Below are positions 39,528 through 53,200 of a stretch of DNA of 64,000 nucleotides, piece after piece. The stretch comes from Bilabrum cf. latius. Taxonomy: Eukaryota. The notes beneath the pieces were generated by a model. The model did no database searches, was not told the origin of the DNA, and saw nothing but the letters and a program-made list of their open reading frames with translations. The position numbers and the translations under genes were made by a program. The DNA is taken from contig OZ237748.1 of NCBI GenBank assembly GCA_965178125.1, positions 868,001 through 932,000 on the forward strand, given 5' to 3'. Every line of letters starts with the position of its first letter. The stretch's first letter is position 1.

Positions 39528-40377
39528 CGTGTGACGTGTGACCAGGCAATCCGATGTGGTACCGTGTGGGTGGCTAGGGTTGTTTTACATTGAGCTCACC
39601 GAGGCAGCGTGGGCAAATTTGCATTTAAGCTCGGCAGTAGAACATCCGGATTCATCAGGCTCACAAGTCACGCCCCAGTTGCTATTTGTCGGATCCCGTG
39701 CTGGCAATTCACGCCTTGTGTCGCCACCGTAGTCTTTACCACCACATGCCACCGCCTTCCGTAGCAACTTTTTTGTCTGCTGGCCCAGTAAACCCTTGCT
39801 CAGACCCCTAGGCCCTGCTTTCTCCAGTGATCCTGCACGCCGCCCAGTACCATCACCCCCCCTTCATCCCGTGTAGTCCTAGTTCCATCCTTAGGTAACC
39901 CCGCTAAACAATCTTAATACTGGGTTTATCAAATCCGACTTCCGTATCACATTCATCGCCAGGTATAGCACGACCAGCCCAAAAACCACGCGTTGATCCA
40001 CCCGTGTAGCAAGCCGAACCGATCCAGCAGAGGCACTAGAGCGGGCAATTGCTCGGCGCATCCTGAAGATGGTTCGCTCAGCAGCAACTTCAAGTCAGCC
40101 CTTATCTAGAGGTTATGGGTGAGTTCCAAGACGTAGGCCATGGTCCGCCCATGCCTTCCTCTATCTTGCCCTTCTCCTCTGAAGTTCGACTGGCCCAGTC
40201 ACCGGAGACCCACTCTGCCTGAAGATTAGGTGACTGCAGCGATGACTCTCGACGAGTCATCTCCACAGCCACCTTGTCAGTCAGCTCTGGAGTAGGGGAA
40301 CAGGAACGAGGGTAAATACCCGCACGAACACGAAGGATCAATCGTCCAATAGAGCCAAGTGATAAAATGTGTGGGGG

Positions 40378-41710
40378 TCTGATATTTTGTGGACTTACTC
40401 AAAAGCGCACGCTATCACGAAGAAACATCTGGAACGAGGGCCCGGGACCTACCAGACTTCACGCTTCAGCTGCAATGGCCTAAACCACCTAAGCTCCACC
40501 CTGAGGACCCATTTCCCCCTGGGGAGCGCCATCGTTCACGTTCCCTCCGGCGCCCGCTGCCGGCACCCCGTCCTGCTGCCCGTTCTGAGCCAACCCTGCC
40601 TTGACGTTGGCGATCGCCACGGCGAGGTTGTTGTTTTCGGCTGCCCCTACAGACAGGCTGGCAAAGTCCTCCTGGACCGCCCTTGCGAGCGCCCGTTTGG
40701 CCTTCGCTGCAGCCCTCCTCGATCCCTTCGAGACAAAATCGAGGATCCTTGAGTGGTCCTGCATGACCCGTGAGTACATAGTGTGGTACACACGCTGTTC
40801 CCCGTGCACGTGCTGGTGCTAGGCGGCGACAAGAGAGGCGAGACTTTGCCACATTAGACCACGAGAGGCGCGCGTTGGCCGGACGAGTCGAAACCCGCCG
40901 CCCTGTGTCCTCCTACCTCTTCTTCCGCAGCTTATCGAGCACATACAGGAACTCGACCTACTTCTCTCCGATTCCCCCCAACACGTCCACCACAAAGGGT
41001 ACGACCCGCGCGCCACTGCACACCGCCCCTTCCTGTGTCCTCACAGCCCCTGGACACCACTTGTCTTCTCCTGCGATCCGGACGCCGAGCGCTCCGATGT
41101 CGACGGGCCTGCCGTAGCTGATCAGCTTCGTGGCATGCGCGGCCCGCAAAGCAGACCCCTCTTGCCAGTCGCTGCCAATCCTCCACGACGAGCGGTCCCA
41201 CCGGTAAGTTGCCGCAGTGGAATCAACCACCGTGGTATCGATGAGATAAACCGTCCCCTCGTGCTCAAAGAACAGGTCGCCTCGTGGCACGAGCGGACCG
41301 CGCCGACCCGGCAGCCGGGCCACTTGGCCCTCTGGCTCCCGGATAGGGCGTCTGCCCGTGGCCTCGCGGACCACCTGCTCGAGCACGTTGAGCACCCGGA
41401 AGTGCCTGCGGCCTGGAAGGCCTCCGCAGGCTCGCTTGTCCTTGCACGTGGCACCGTGGCGAGCTGACTAGATCAGCTCGACTACCTTGCCCTGCTTCCG
41501 GCACCCCGGGCAGATCTGTGTGACGCGCTACGCCTCCTCACATGCACCGTGCGTTGCCCCAAGAGGTTGTGGGGGACAGCTGCACGGCTATGGGATGGCG
41601 AGACGCGGGCAGAACATGCCCTAGGCATCTTGAGGCTGGACTCGGCTCAGGACAGAGAGCGGCGCATGCAGCCAAGACCCGGCTCCTTGGGACCTGGCGA
41701 ATTTGTGATT
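40378..41710 (-). mobile_element. 5'-truncated non-LTR retrotransposon fragment with a restriction-like endonuclease (CRE-like), copy 1, frameshifted
   Basis: PRGDLFF...YLIDTTVVD...AAHATKLISY...VVPFVVDVLGGIG is RLE-like. It has a 1-nt insertion near 40830 relative to copy 2, and no RT domain is visible. Confidence 0.75.
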
Positions 41711-41937
41711 TATAATTAATGCAGTGTACTTTACCAGTGTACGCCCTCATAGTGCGTAGTTTATGGAATCGTGATGACAGAGCAACGTGTGCGATACTAT
41801 TTTTATTACAAACTGTTTTCACCGTTCCGTCAAGACATAGCTATCTTACGCTTGCAAGACGAACGCATTCGGCAGTTCGTAGTTGCGAACACGGACGTGA
41901 GAAATTGCTCATTGGCTTGACAATCATCCTCGCAGCC

Positions 41938-43945
41938 ATGCAATATAGTCATTAAATGTGATGTTAATTGTACCCATCTTGGGATGACCATACTTAGCGT
42001 GCCCTGTCCTACTGCATCTTGGAACTATCATCCTCGTCTTCGCACCGTGCAACCTCTGCTTCGCAGGCCTTGCTGGAAGCATTTATCCAAAAGGATTTGC
42101 CTGTGTGGTTTTGGAATATGTTGAGAGACGTTCGAGTGGACTTTACGTGCACTGTTAGTTCTTGGTCCAAGATACGTGCTCCATGCTACATCGCCCCTGC
42201 AGCCCGCAATTATATCGTGCTTAGGATTAAAACGTCATCAATATATTCGCATTTTTGCAGAAATTCGTATGGGGATTTGACAAGTGGTCACACTTTGCTA
42301 CTTCGATGCAAGTATGTCAGGCTGCTAACCTGCTACTGTCATGGGGCGTACCCCCCGTGAGTCCAATGGGAAATTTGGTTCAGTTATTGAGCAAGCAGGC
42401 ACGGGAGGCGGAGTCTTGGGTGTAAAATAGTATTCCACTCATCAAACACACAAAACAGTGATGTCTGCAAATTGCAAACTCTTTCCATAACGTGTTCAAT
42501 TGTTCGGGATGTTAACATCTATGTTTTCCCCACTGCAGGAACTGTACACTCTGCCTTTTGCTGGCTTGAGATGTCAAATTATGCACGGCGCGGATATATT
42601 CTCGAACGTCAGTTACTTGTACCGCATGTTAGCTCTGCTTTATTGCTTGGCTCCAAGACAACTTGTACAGGCACACGTTCGCTGGCATGTCTGTATGCAA
42701 ATATTAACAGTATTTGCGAGTGCCCTCCTCTGTAACAGTTGCGCATAGCGGCAATTACTGGTTTGTATGAAAATGATTATCAGTTAACCTTGAAAGAATA
42801 CACAACGCTGGGATTGTCAACGGGTCACCTTTTACATCTCCTTTCAGCTAGGTGCTTGCAACTGAAGTGTTCCGCAGCAATTCAGCCTGCTGAGATACAT
42901 ATCATCATTTGAAACTGATAGCTTGCAGCGATCTGTGAATTTGATGCTGGATGCAGGCAGCTTCGTAGACACTAGGTATACTGTAAGACAATTGCTGCTC
43001 GAAACAATATGGTGATCGCTATGCTAGGTTACAGAGTGGGATAGATCGATTCCCTCTTTTATTAATCTTTTACCCAATGCAGGTGCAAAGACAGTTGGTA
43101 TCGTACATAATCATGTGCACGGCTGCCGATCAAACATGTCCAAGCCATGCATTGCATGATGTGTTGGGTCGCGGAGGAGACCCAGACATAGTGGGAGCGG
43201 AGACAACAGTTTCCTGCAGTGTGGATGGCCATCTGCAGTAGTTACTGCGACACGGGGCGAATCCCAACTAGCTTGACCGTGTAAGAGTGTATGCACTAGG
43301 CCTGATCTGCACACTTTGAATGTCGCAACTGCGGCGTAAATCGTTAAATTTGTGTTGACTGTTATACAATGCTGTCCACAGAATGGGGTGCCGCTCATTG
43401 TTAAATTGGTATGGGACTTCCGCTTTGCTGATCTTATGCACGCGCTTGCATATGGTGCTACGATTGACGGGTTTTCCGCAAAATGGGATACCGGGGGTGT
43501 CATGGTCAAGAAGCCGCCAAAGGGCGTTAGTGCAGCACCCGTCTGGTTTAGTGAGATGCTTACGTAGTGTCGGGGAAACGAGCAGGTGCTGTTACGAAGT
43601 ATGCTTGATTTCAAGCGAATACAAGTAGATAGCCGGGGATGCGTGCGAACTGCGCTCCTGCCTGGGGACCCAAGGCAGAGAGCAAATGCCCTGCTGGTGT
43701 TTCGAAGGGCACATGAGGCGCACCGTGACGCTGCAATGCTTTTTAAAGCAGCTGCTGAAGGCAGGCCGATGGAACTCGCTAAGCGGTTTAGATTAGGGAA
43801 ATTAGCCGGCGGCTTGCAGCGGCGTGGCAGGCTTGCACTTCCTCATGGCAAAGTCCTACTGGCTACTCCACTGGAAGCAGCTCGAATGGGTGGCCATTTG
43901 GACTGCGTTGCTGTATTAGAATCTAAAATAGCACCCGGGCGCTGA
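41938..43945 (+). CDS. Multi-exon hypothetical protein with the shared C-terminal domain; exon structure partly resolved
   Basis: QALLEAFIQKDLPVWFWNMLRD at the 5' end. The last exon NGVPLIVKLV...MLT*CRGNEQ...RRAHEAHRDAAMLFKAAAEGRPMELAKRFRLGKLAGG ends at TGA. Confidence 0.6.
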
Positions 43946-44090
43946 CTTCGTCCGCAAGAGGTCATGGGCTAGCCGTACCAAAAGGATGCTTACGAATGTG
44001 ATGTTGGTATGCTCTAAGTACTAATATGTATGGATTATCCAAGGATCCGGATTGCTGGATAAACCAATCAAGCGAGAAGCTCTGTCCAAG

Positions 44091-44570
44091 TCATGCAACA
44101 ACCACGAACGAGTGCAAGTACGCATTTGCAGTACCATAGTACAGCTCCCAGTCAGCTGGCTCGGCGGCCTTTGTATTCCTCGTGAAGAGGCCAGCCATTA
44201 CTAGCCTGGGGACCACCTTTCCGATGGTGGTCAGGGCAGTAGCAGCATCTGCACACTATACCCGATCGCGATTTTCAAGCATTCGCACAGGATCTACTGG
44301 CGCTGGTATCACTGCTTTGGCCGGATCCCTGCGGAAACCTTTTAGTATGGCCCTCTCAAGTTCTTCCTAGGCGTCAACTTGACGAAGGTCAAGGTAAAAT
44401 CCTGGAAGAGATGCGGTTGCGGGGAGAAATGCTCTACCAAGTTTTGGTATTTAAGGAGACAGAGTCTGATTCGTTGTTGACGTCAAATGAGATGATAAGC
44501 GTCTGTGCGATGAGGATGGCTCTGCGAAGAAGGAGAACGCCGCAACACCTTGTCCGTAGGTGGGGGGGAA
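44091..44570 (-). pseudogene. 3' fragment of a paralog of the element-interrupted gene (48501..59014)
   Basis: IGKVVPRLVMAGLFTRNTKAAEPADWELYYGTAN is near-identical to 48539-48635. It ends at TGA 44091 and its 5' side abuts retroelement copy 2. Confidence 0.6.
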
Positions 44571-45905
44571 TCTGATATTTTGTGGACTCAACTCAAAAGC
44601 GCACGCTATCACGAAGAAACATCTGGAACGAGGGCCCGGGACCTACCAGACTTCACGCTTCAGCTGCAATGGCCTAAACCACCTAAGCTCCACCCTGGGG
44701 ACCCATTTCCCCCTGGGGAGCGTCAGCGTTCACGTTCCCTCCGGCGCCCGCTGCCGGCACCCCGTCCTGCTGCCCGTTCTGAGCCAACCCTGCCTTGACG
44801 TTGGCGATCGCCACGGCGAGGTTGTTGTTTTCGGCTGCCCCTACAGACAGGCTGGCAAAGTCCTCCCGGACCGCCCTTGCGAGCGCCCGTTTGGCCTTCG
44901 CTGCAGCCCTCCTCGATCCCTTCGAGACAAAATCGAGGATCCTTGAGTGGTCCTGCATGACCCGTGAGTACATAGTGTGGTACACACGCTGTTCCCCGTG
45001 CACGTGCTGGTGCTAGGCGGCAACGGAGAGGCGAGCCTTTGCCACAGAAGACCACGAGAGGCGTGCGTTGGCCGGACGAGTCGAAACCCGCCGCCCTTTG
45101 TCCTCCTACCTCTTCTTCCGCAGCTTATCGAGCACATACAGGAACTCGACCTACTTCTCTCCGATTCCCCCCAACACGTCCACCACAAAGGGTACGACCC
45201 GCGCGCCACTGCGTACCGCCCCTTTCTGCGTCCTCACGGTCCCAGGACACCACTTGTCTTCTCCTCCGATCCGGACGCCGAGCGCTCCGAGGTCGACGGG
45301 CCTGCCGTAGCTGGCCAGCTTCGTGGCATGCGCGGCCCGCAAAGCAGACCCCTCTTGCCAGTCGCTGCCAATCCTCCACGAGGGGCGGTCCCACCGGTAA
45401 GTTGCCGCAGTGGAATCAACCACCGTGACATCGATGAGATAAGCCGTCCCCTCGTGCTCAAAGAACAGGTCGCCTCGTGGCACGAGCGGACCGCGCCGAC
45501 CCGGCAGCCGGGCCACTTGGCCCTCTGGCTCCCGGATAGGGCGTCTGCCCGTGGCCTCGCGGACCACCTGCTCGAGCACGTTGAGCACCCGGAAGTGCCT
45601 GCGGCCTGGAAGGCCTCCGCAGACACGCTTGTCCTTGCATACGTGGCACCGTGGCGAGCTGACTAGATCAGCTCGACTACCTTGCCCTGCTTCCGGCACC
45701 CCAGGCAGGTCTGCGTGACGCGCCACGCCTCCCCACATGCACCGTGCGTTGCCCCAAGAGGTTGTGGGGGACAGCTGCACGGCTATGGGATGGCGAGACG
45801 CGGGCAGAACATGCCCCGGGCATCTTCAGGCTGGACTCGGCTCAGGACAGAGAGCGGCGCATGCAGCCTAGACTCGGCTCCTTGGGACCTGGCGAATTTG
45901 TGATT
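44571..45905 (-). mobile_element. 5'-truncated RLE non-LTR retrotransposon fragment, copy 2
   Basis: Highly similar to 40378-41710, with a Cys/His cluster CHVCKDKRVC...RH. The frame is open through 5 TAGs, including ARLSVAA*HQH, to TGA 44653. Confidence 0.8.
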
Positions 45906-46178
45906 ATTGATTTATGCAGTGTACTTTACAAAAACCTGGCCGTGTCGGTGTATGGTCGGTGGTGGTATATTTTTTAGTGTAATGAACGATCAACGCGTAC
46001 GCTAGCATCTGTACTATAAGGTATTTTCACCTTTTTGCCAAGAAGTCGCGATTGCTCGATTGCAAGACGATCGAACTCGTGATTTTGTCATTACGAACGT
46101 CGATGTGAGGTTTCAAGTTAAACGGCATGGGATAGCTCCATAATAAGGTTGGTTTGGGATAAATGATCTGATTTCGCG

Positions 46179-47963
46179 ATGCGGCCCCAGCAAAACAGAA
46201 CGTTGGCCCTGGGAAAGCACTTCGTTGCCTGTCGCATACAAGCCAAAGTTCTTTGTTGCGCCGGGAAGTCTAGTGTAGCGCAGGCCCTGCTGGCAGTTTT
46301 CATTCAAAAACCCCTCCCATTGTGGTTTTGGAGCATTCTACGGGATATCGGAGTATACTTTGACAGCATTGTGGGTGTATCGAAAGGGAATACACTTCGT
46401 CCGTTCGGATTCGCTCAGAAAGATTTTGTCACTGTGAAGAAATATATATCCTCAATGCTCGCAGAAGTTCATCATTGGTTTTCGAGAGTGGGCGCACTTT
46501 GCGTAGTTCCAAAATTTGTCTGAGACCGTGCACCTTTTGCTGTCGTGGGGGGTGCCGCCCGTGAGACGTTTGTTCTTGTAGTTCTCCTTGCTGACTGCCA
46601 TGCCGGCCATTACCGCACAACGTACATAACACAGTGTTGTTGTTTTTTTAAAAGACTATTTGGAGTAGGAGTTATACCAGCTGCCGTACGCTGGCTTACA
46701 GCACTAGCTTCGTCACGGTGCTGACATCCATTCCGGAGTAAGTAGATCTATCCAAATTACAACCGTATGCTATCCTCAGGAAATCGTACAGAGCGTGCAT
46801 CCACTTGTAACTACTTCATAATTTCTGCAGAGTTCCCAGTATGTCCGTTTCATCTCAACACACGATGAAGACCACTTGGTTGATGCCGTGGATGACCTGT
46901 TCAACTCCGGGCACTACATTGAGTTGAAGTCGGGGGTAAGCGGAACTCAACCGTGTGTTGCCGAGCAATATAATATTTCTTGAGCTGGTGCATTGCGCAG
47001 TGTTGCCTGAAACTTATGCTTGCACCGCAGAGACTTGGAACGTCTTGTATCGCGGATACAAGCTCTTGTCATGAATGGTGGCCGAAGCGTGCCTTATCTA
47101 ATGTAATCATGCGAGGGGCCGATCCTAACTCGCCTGCAAAAAGGTTTGAATTCAAATACATGAGGCAAGGTAGCATTCCTTACCTGCTCCGTCATGGCGC
47201 CGACCCATTCTAGTGCGATATGGTGAGGTAGAAGCTTGCAAGTGCGATTCCACTACAATGTGTGATACTGTCATTGCGGTGCTTCGTAGACCGCATGATA
47301 AGTTGGAAAATGCAGGTTGGTTATAGTGCCTCGTGTCTTGTCTACATCCATGCACACGTAACAGGTATTTGAGCACTTACCAACAGATCGATAACTTCGT
47401 AGAATGGAGTACCGATGATTGCACAGCTGGTACTATGCTGGAAGTTCATCGACCTCATGCATCTGCTGGCGTGGGGTGTAGCGATTGATGGCGTACTGGA
47501 GAATGGAAGGACAGTGCTTGACATGATCTAGAACCCACCCAAAAGCGCAAGGCTGCGCTCGCCGGCATGGTATGCGGACGTTCATAAGCAAGCAAGGGGT
47601 AACCCGCAGTTGCTCCTGCGAGCTCTGCTTGATAGAAAATCGCTACAATTAGATGAGCATGGCCGTAGCTTGGGCTAAGTACTACCTCCAGACCCAAGAC
47701 AGAAGACTAATACGTTGCTACTGTGGCGACGAGCGCACGAGGCACACAGGGATGCCGCGATAGTTTTTCGAGCGGCAAAGGAGGGGAGGCCTCTCGAGCT
47801 TGCAAAACGACTGCAGCTGGGCAAACTGGCGGGCGGAGTATCCATGCGTCTGAACATCGAGTTGCCAAGTTCTAAAAGAATTGTACTCGCATCCCCTCTT
47901 GAGGCTGCTCGCGTTGGCGGACATTTTGACTGTGTCAGACTGCTAGAGCAAAACTACTAGTAA
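46179..47963 (+). pseudogene. Diverged paralog of 41938..43945, possibly pseudogenised
   Basis: QALLAVFIQKPLPLWFWSILRD and NGVPMIAQLV align to the paralog, and the shared domain ends TAG-TAA. One in-frame TAA lies at 47676. Confidence 0.5.
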
Positions 47964-50299
47964 ACCAGTGTTACTGATTCTGTGGTTTTATTTTACTTTT
48001 GGCGGTATTCCCTAGGCCTACCATCACAAACGAGTAAGCTGTGACGCGGCACTCACTGACGCCTAAGCCTAGATCTAGCCAAAACCTTACTATCCGGATT
48101 GCCTGACCGTACCCGTACGGGTACAGATGTGATGGGTCTGTATCATCCGGATTCTAATAGTAATCCTTGATAGACAGCGGTGATTTCCGAAACAGCTGGG
48201 CAGTTCCAAAGACCAAGGATCCGCAGATCCCCACTTGCGCTGACTGACGAGCAGCTTAAAACTATGTTTTGGGTACAGCAAGGGCTATGGATTCTTAATA
48301 CATCGTATTGCATTACCGTATCCAGGAATTGTCGGCAGACACCAATGTCCAGAATCAGGTATACCCGGTATGCTACGTAGCCGGGTAGCTAACCTTAGTC
48401 TAGCTACACCATCCACCCCTGTCAAAAATGCTTGATATTATGTTGATCCATAAAATGCTACCCCTACAATTATGAGGTTGAGTTCACGTTAACATTGAAG
48501 TTACTCAACAATCACAAAGGAGTGGAAGTATGTGTTAGCAGTACCGTAGTACAGCTCCCAGTCAGCTGGCTCGGCGGCCTTCGTATTCCTCGTAAAGAGG
48601 CCAGCCATTACTAGCCTGGGGACCACCTTTCCGATCGTTCTTAACGATCCATCTACGCCTGCACATGGGTCTGGACGACCTGCAAAGGCATCGCCGAAAT
48701 CTGAACCAAGCGTGGATGCGCCACGCTTTACAGCTTCTTCGAACACGCGATTTTCCAAGAGTTGAAGCGTATTGTAAGGCTCTATAGACTCTCCTGGTAG
48801 CTGAACGACTTTGAGTCTTCTACATGCGGCCACGATCTCATCAACTGGTCTCTTTCCGAACAGCTCCGTCATGCCCCTGAGGGGATCTATCACTGCGAGA
48901 TTGTTTCGTCTTGGTCTACAGTCCTCGCTACGATGCTTGGCTCTCAGGGCGGTGGCGTATTGCCACCTTTGTAGACACGCGTGTGTCTAGTGACCGACCT
49001 GGCTCTATCTCCAGGTCATGTGCTAGTGGTCGGGCAGCCCTGGTATGGGCTGCCGAGTCACCATGCCTCACGGCTCTGCCAAGACTTGGATTGTCTTGGC
49101 GAAGCGGTTACAACCGCTAATAGCGCGGAGCAACAGCCCTGTATCGATTCACTGCCAGTCAGTGCTTGCCCAAGGGGGAAGGTGGGCGGGTAAAATGTGA
49201 TGAGTTACGAATGAAAAGACTGGCGATGGGATGCGATAGTAGGCACTGCTGAAGTAGCGCGGCAGTGGTAGTAACTGCGGGGATGGTGGGTGGGTTCAAA
49301 ACAACAAGCAGTGGGAATCACCTCCTCTGGAGTTGCCCCTGCCTGTCTTCCCAGTGTGTATTGCCACATAATGACAATTATTACTGAGAATATCGGGGCA
49401 CAGCTGTAGAACACAGGTGCCACCGAAATTCCGAACAAGTGAGAGCCTCACATCTGCGCTCGGACTTGCGACCAATACTACACAATCTCTCCGATCTAAA
49501 TCACTTCGTAACGTGCCTCCGTACCTACGGCACACAACTGACGGGATCTATCACTGCGAGATTGTTTCGTCTTGGTCTACAGTCCTCGCTACGATGCTTG
49601 GCTCTCAGGGCGGTGGCGTATTGCCACCTTTGTAGACACGCGTGTGTCTAGTGACCGACCTGGCTCTATCTCCAGGTCATGTGCTAGTGGTCGGGCAGCC
49701 CTGGTATGGGCTGCCGAGTCACCATGCCTCACGGCTCTGCCAAGACTTGGATTGTCTTGGCGAAGCGGTTACAACCGCTAATAGCGCGGAGCAACAGCCC
49801 TGTATCGATTCACTGCCAGTCAGTGCTTGCCCCGCCGTTACCCACATGCGGGGTATTGCACTGACGTGGTATTGCCCTTTGCCGTATGTAATGCCACGTC
49901 GAAAGCGTGTGTATGGCCAGGTATCAAAGTGAACTCCCAGTGCTGTGCACGGCCACTCAATGCATTGGTAGGTAAACCGATGCAAAGTTGTGTCACGAAA
50001 TCCCAAGCTGTATTCCGAAATGCTACTTCTTCCCTCCATCCAAAACGATTGCATTCAAACTCCCAAAACGATTGCACTCAAACCTAGAAGAACTTCTCAT
50101 TCAAACTCCCAATATGAATCTCCCACAATCGTCTAGGATGGCATAGACTATTGCAAAACCTGTATCACTACGAAATGTCCATTAAACTATAGACACTAAC
50201 CAACAAAACTCCCATAATAACAAAGACCAGATGGTCAACGCCAATTGCAGATCTTGGCCAATGCCACAATGCCAGGGCCAACAACACGATGGTGGCCCC

Positions 50300-53200
50300 G
50301 CGTAAGTGGCGAAGCACACCACGGACGGCGCTGCCGCGATCAACTGCATATCCGAAGCCCTTACGTGGGCAGGATTCAGCTCGGGCAGATGCGATCATGC
50401 CCAAGCTAATTGAACCATGGCGGCCAAGAGCAAGTGGATAAGCATACCACGAAAGGCGCTGCCACGAGCAACTGTATATCCGAAGCCCTTACGTGGGCAG
50501 GAATCAGCTTGGTCAAATGCGATCATGCCCAGGCCAATTGAGCGATGCCGGACAAGAGGAAGCGGTTAAGCACACCACGGACATCGCTGCCACAAACAAC
50601 TACTTATCCGTAGCCCATATGCGGGCAGGGAGCAGCTCGAGCAAGTGCGAGCACGACCGGGCCAACTCACAGAGGGCGGCCCAGAGCAAGTGCCGAAGCA
50701 CACCACGAACATCGCTGCCACGAGCAACTGTATTGCCGAAGCCCAAACGTGGGCAGGGAGCAGCTCGGGCAGATGCGACAATGTTCAGGCCAACTGAGCT
50801 ATGGCAGCCCAGACCAAAAGCCGAAGCACACCACTGACGGCGCTGCTACGAGCAACTGCATATCCGAAGCCCTTACGTGGGCAGGATGCAGCTCGGGCAG
50901 ATGCGATCATGCCCAAGCTAATTGAGCCATGACGGCCAAGAGCAAGTGGATAAGCACACCACGAAAGGCGCTGCCACGAGCAACTGTATATCCGAAGCCC
51001 TTACGTGGGCCGGGAGCAGCTCGGGCTAATGCGACCATGTCCAGGCCAACTGAGCCATGGCGGCCAAGAGCAAGTGCCGAAGCACACCACGAAAGGCGCT
51101 GCCACGAGTAAATGCATCTCTGAAGCCCTTACGTAGACAGGAATCAGCTTGGTCAAATGCGATCATGCCCAGGCCAATTGAGCGATGCCGGACAAGAGGA
51201 AGCGGTTAAGCACACCACGGACATCGCTGCCACAAGACACTGTATATCCGAAGCCCAGACGTGGGCAGGGAGCAGCTTGGGCAGATGCGACAATGTTCAG
51301 GCCAACTGAGCTATGGCAGCCCAGAGCAAGTGCCGAAGCACACCACGGACGGCGCTGCCGCGATCAACTGCAAATCCGAAGCCCTTACGTGGGCAGGATG
51401 CAGCTCGGGCAGATGCGATCATGCCCAAGCTAATTGAGCCATGACGGCCAAGAGCAAGTGGATAAGCGCACCACGAAAGGCGCTGCCACGAGCAACTGTA
51501 TATCCGAAGCCCTTACGTGGGCCGGGAGCAGCTCGGGCTATTGCGACCATGTCCAGGCCAACTGAGTGATGGCGGCCAAGAGCAAGTGGATAAGCATACC
51601 ACGAAAGGCGCTGCCACGAGCAACTGTATATCCGAAGCCCTTACGTGGGCAGGAATCAGCTTGGTCAAATGCGATCATGCCCAGGCCAATTGAGCGATGT
51701 CGGACAAGAGGAAGCGGTTAAGCACACCACGGACATCGCTGCCACAAACAACTACTTATCCGTAGCCCATATGCGGGCAGGGAGCCGCTCGAGCAAGTGC
51801 GAGCACGACCGGGCCAACTCACAGAGGGCGGCCCAGAGCAAGTGCCGAAGCACACCACGAACGTCGCAGTCATAAGACACTGTATATCCGAAGCCCAGAC
51901 GTGGGCAGCGAGCAGCTCGGGCAGATGCGACTATGTTCAAGCCAACTACGCAATGGTGGCCGCGAGCAAGTGCCGAAGCACACCAGGGACGTCGCTGCTA
52001 CGAGCAACTGCATATCCGAAGCCCATTATGGACAAGGAGCAGCTCGGGCAAGTGCGACCATGTCCAATCAGAATGACCGATGGCGGCAGCGAGCAGGAGG
52101 CGAAGCACACCAGGGACGTCGCTGCCACGAGCAACTGCATATTTAAAGCCCATTCATGGGCAAGGAGCAGCTCGGGCAAGTGCGACCATGTCCAATCAGA
52201 ATGACCGATGGCGGCCGCGAGCAGGAGGCGAAGCACACCAGGGACGTCGCTGCCACGAGCAACTGCATATTTAAAGCCCATTCATGGCCAAGGAGCAGCT
52301 CGGGCAAGTGCGACCATGTCCAATCAGAATGACCGATGGCGGCCGCGAGCAGGAGGCGAAGCACACCAGGGACGTCGCTGCCACGAGCAACTGCATATTT
52401 AAAGCCCATTCATGGGCAAGGAGCAGCTCGGGCAAGTGCGACCATGTCCAATCAGAATGACCGATGGCGGCCGCGAGCAGGAGGCGAAGCACACCAGGGA
52501 CGTCGCTGCCACGAGCAACTGCATATTTAAAGCCCATTCATGGCCAAGGAGCAGCTCGGGCAAGTGCGACCATGTCCAATCAGAATGACCGATGGCAGCC
52601 GCGAGCAGGAGGCGAAGCACACCAGGGACGTCGCTGCCACGAGCAACTGCATATTTAAAGCCCATTCATGGCCAAGGAGCAGCTCGGGCAAGTGCGACCA
52701 TGTCCAATCAAAATGACCGATGGCGGCCGCGAGCAGGAGGCGAAGCACACCAGGGACGTCACTGCCACGAGCAACTGCATATTTAAAGCCCATTCATGGA
52801 CAAGGAGCAGCTCGGGCAAGTGCGACCATGGCCAATCAGAATGACCGATGGCGGCCCGGAGCAAGAGGCCAGGCACACCAGGGACGTCGCTGCCACGAGC
52901 AACTGCATATTCGAAGCCCATTCATGGGCAAGGAGCAGCTCGGGCAAGTGCGACCATGTCCAGGCCGACGGCGCGATGGCGGCCCGGAGCAAGAGGCCAG
53001 GCACACCAGGGACGTCGCTGCCACGAGCAACTGCATATTTAAAGCCCATTCATGGGCAAGGAGCAGCTCGTGCAATTGCGACCATATCCAAGCCGAGTAA
53101 CCGATGGCGGCCCAGAGCAAGAGGCCAGGCACACCAGGGACGTCGCTGCCACGAGCAACTGCATATCCGAAGCCCATTCATGGGCAAGGAGCAGCTCGGG

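Noticed and set aside
39540-40370. Possible coding or transposon remnant
   Set aside because: No recognisable motif in any frame examined, even with TAG read through.
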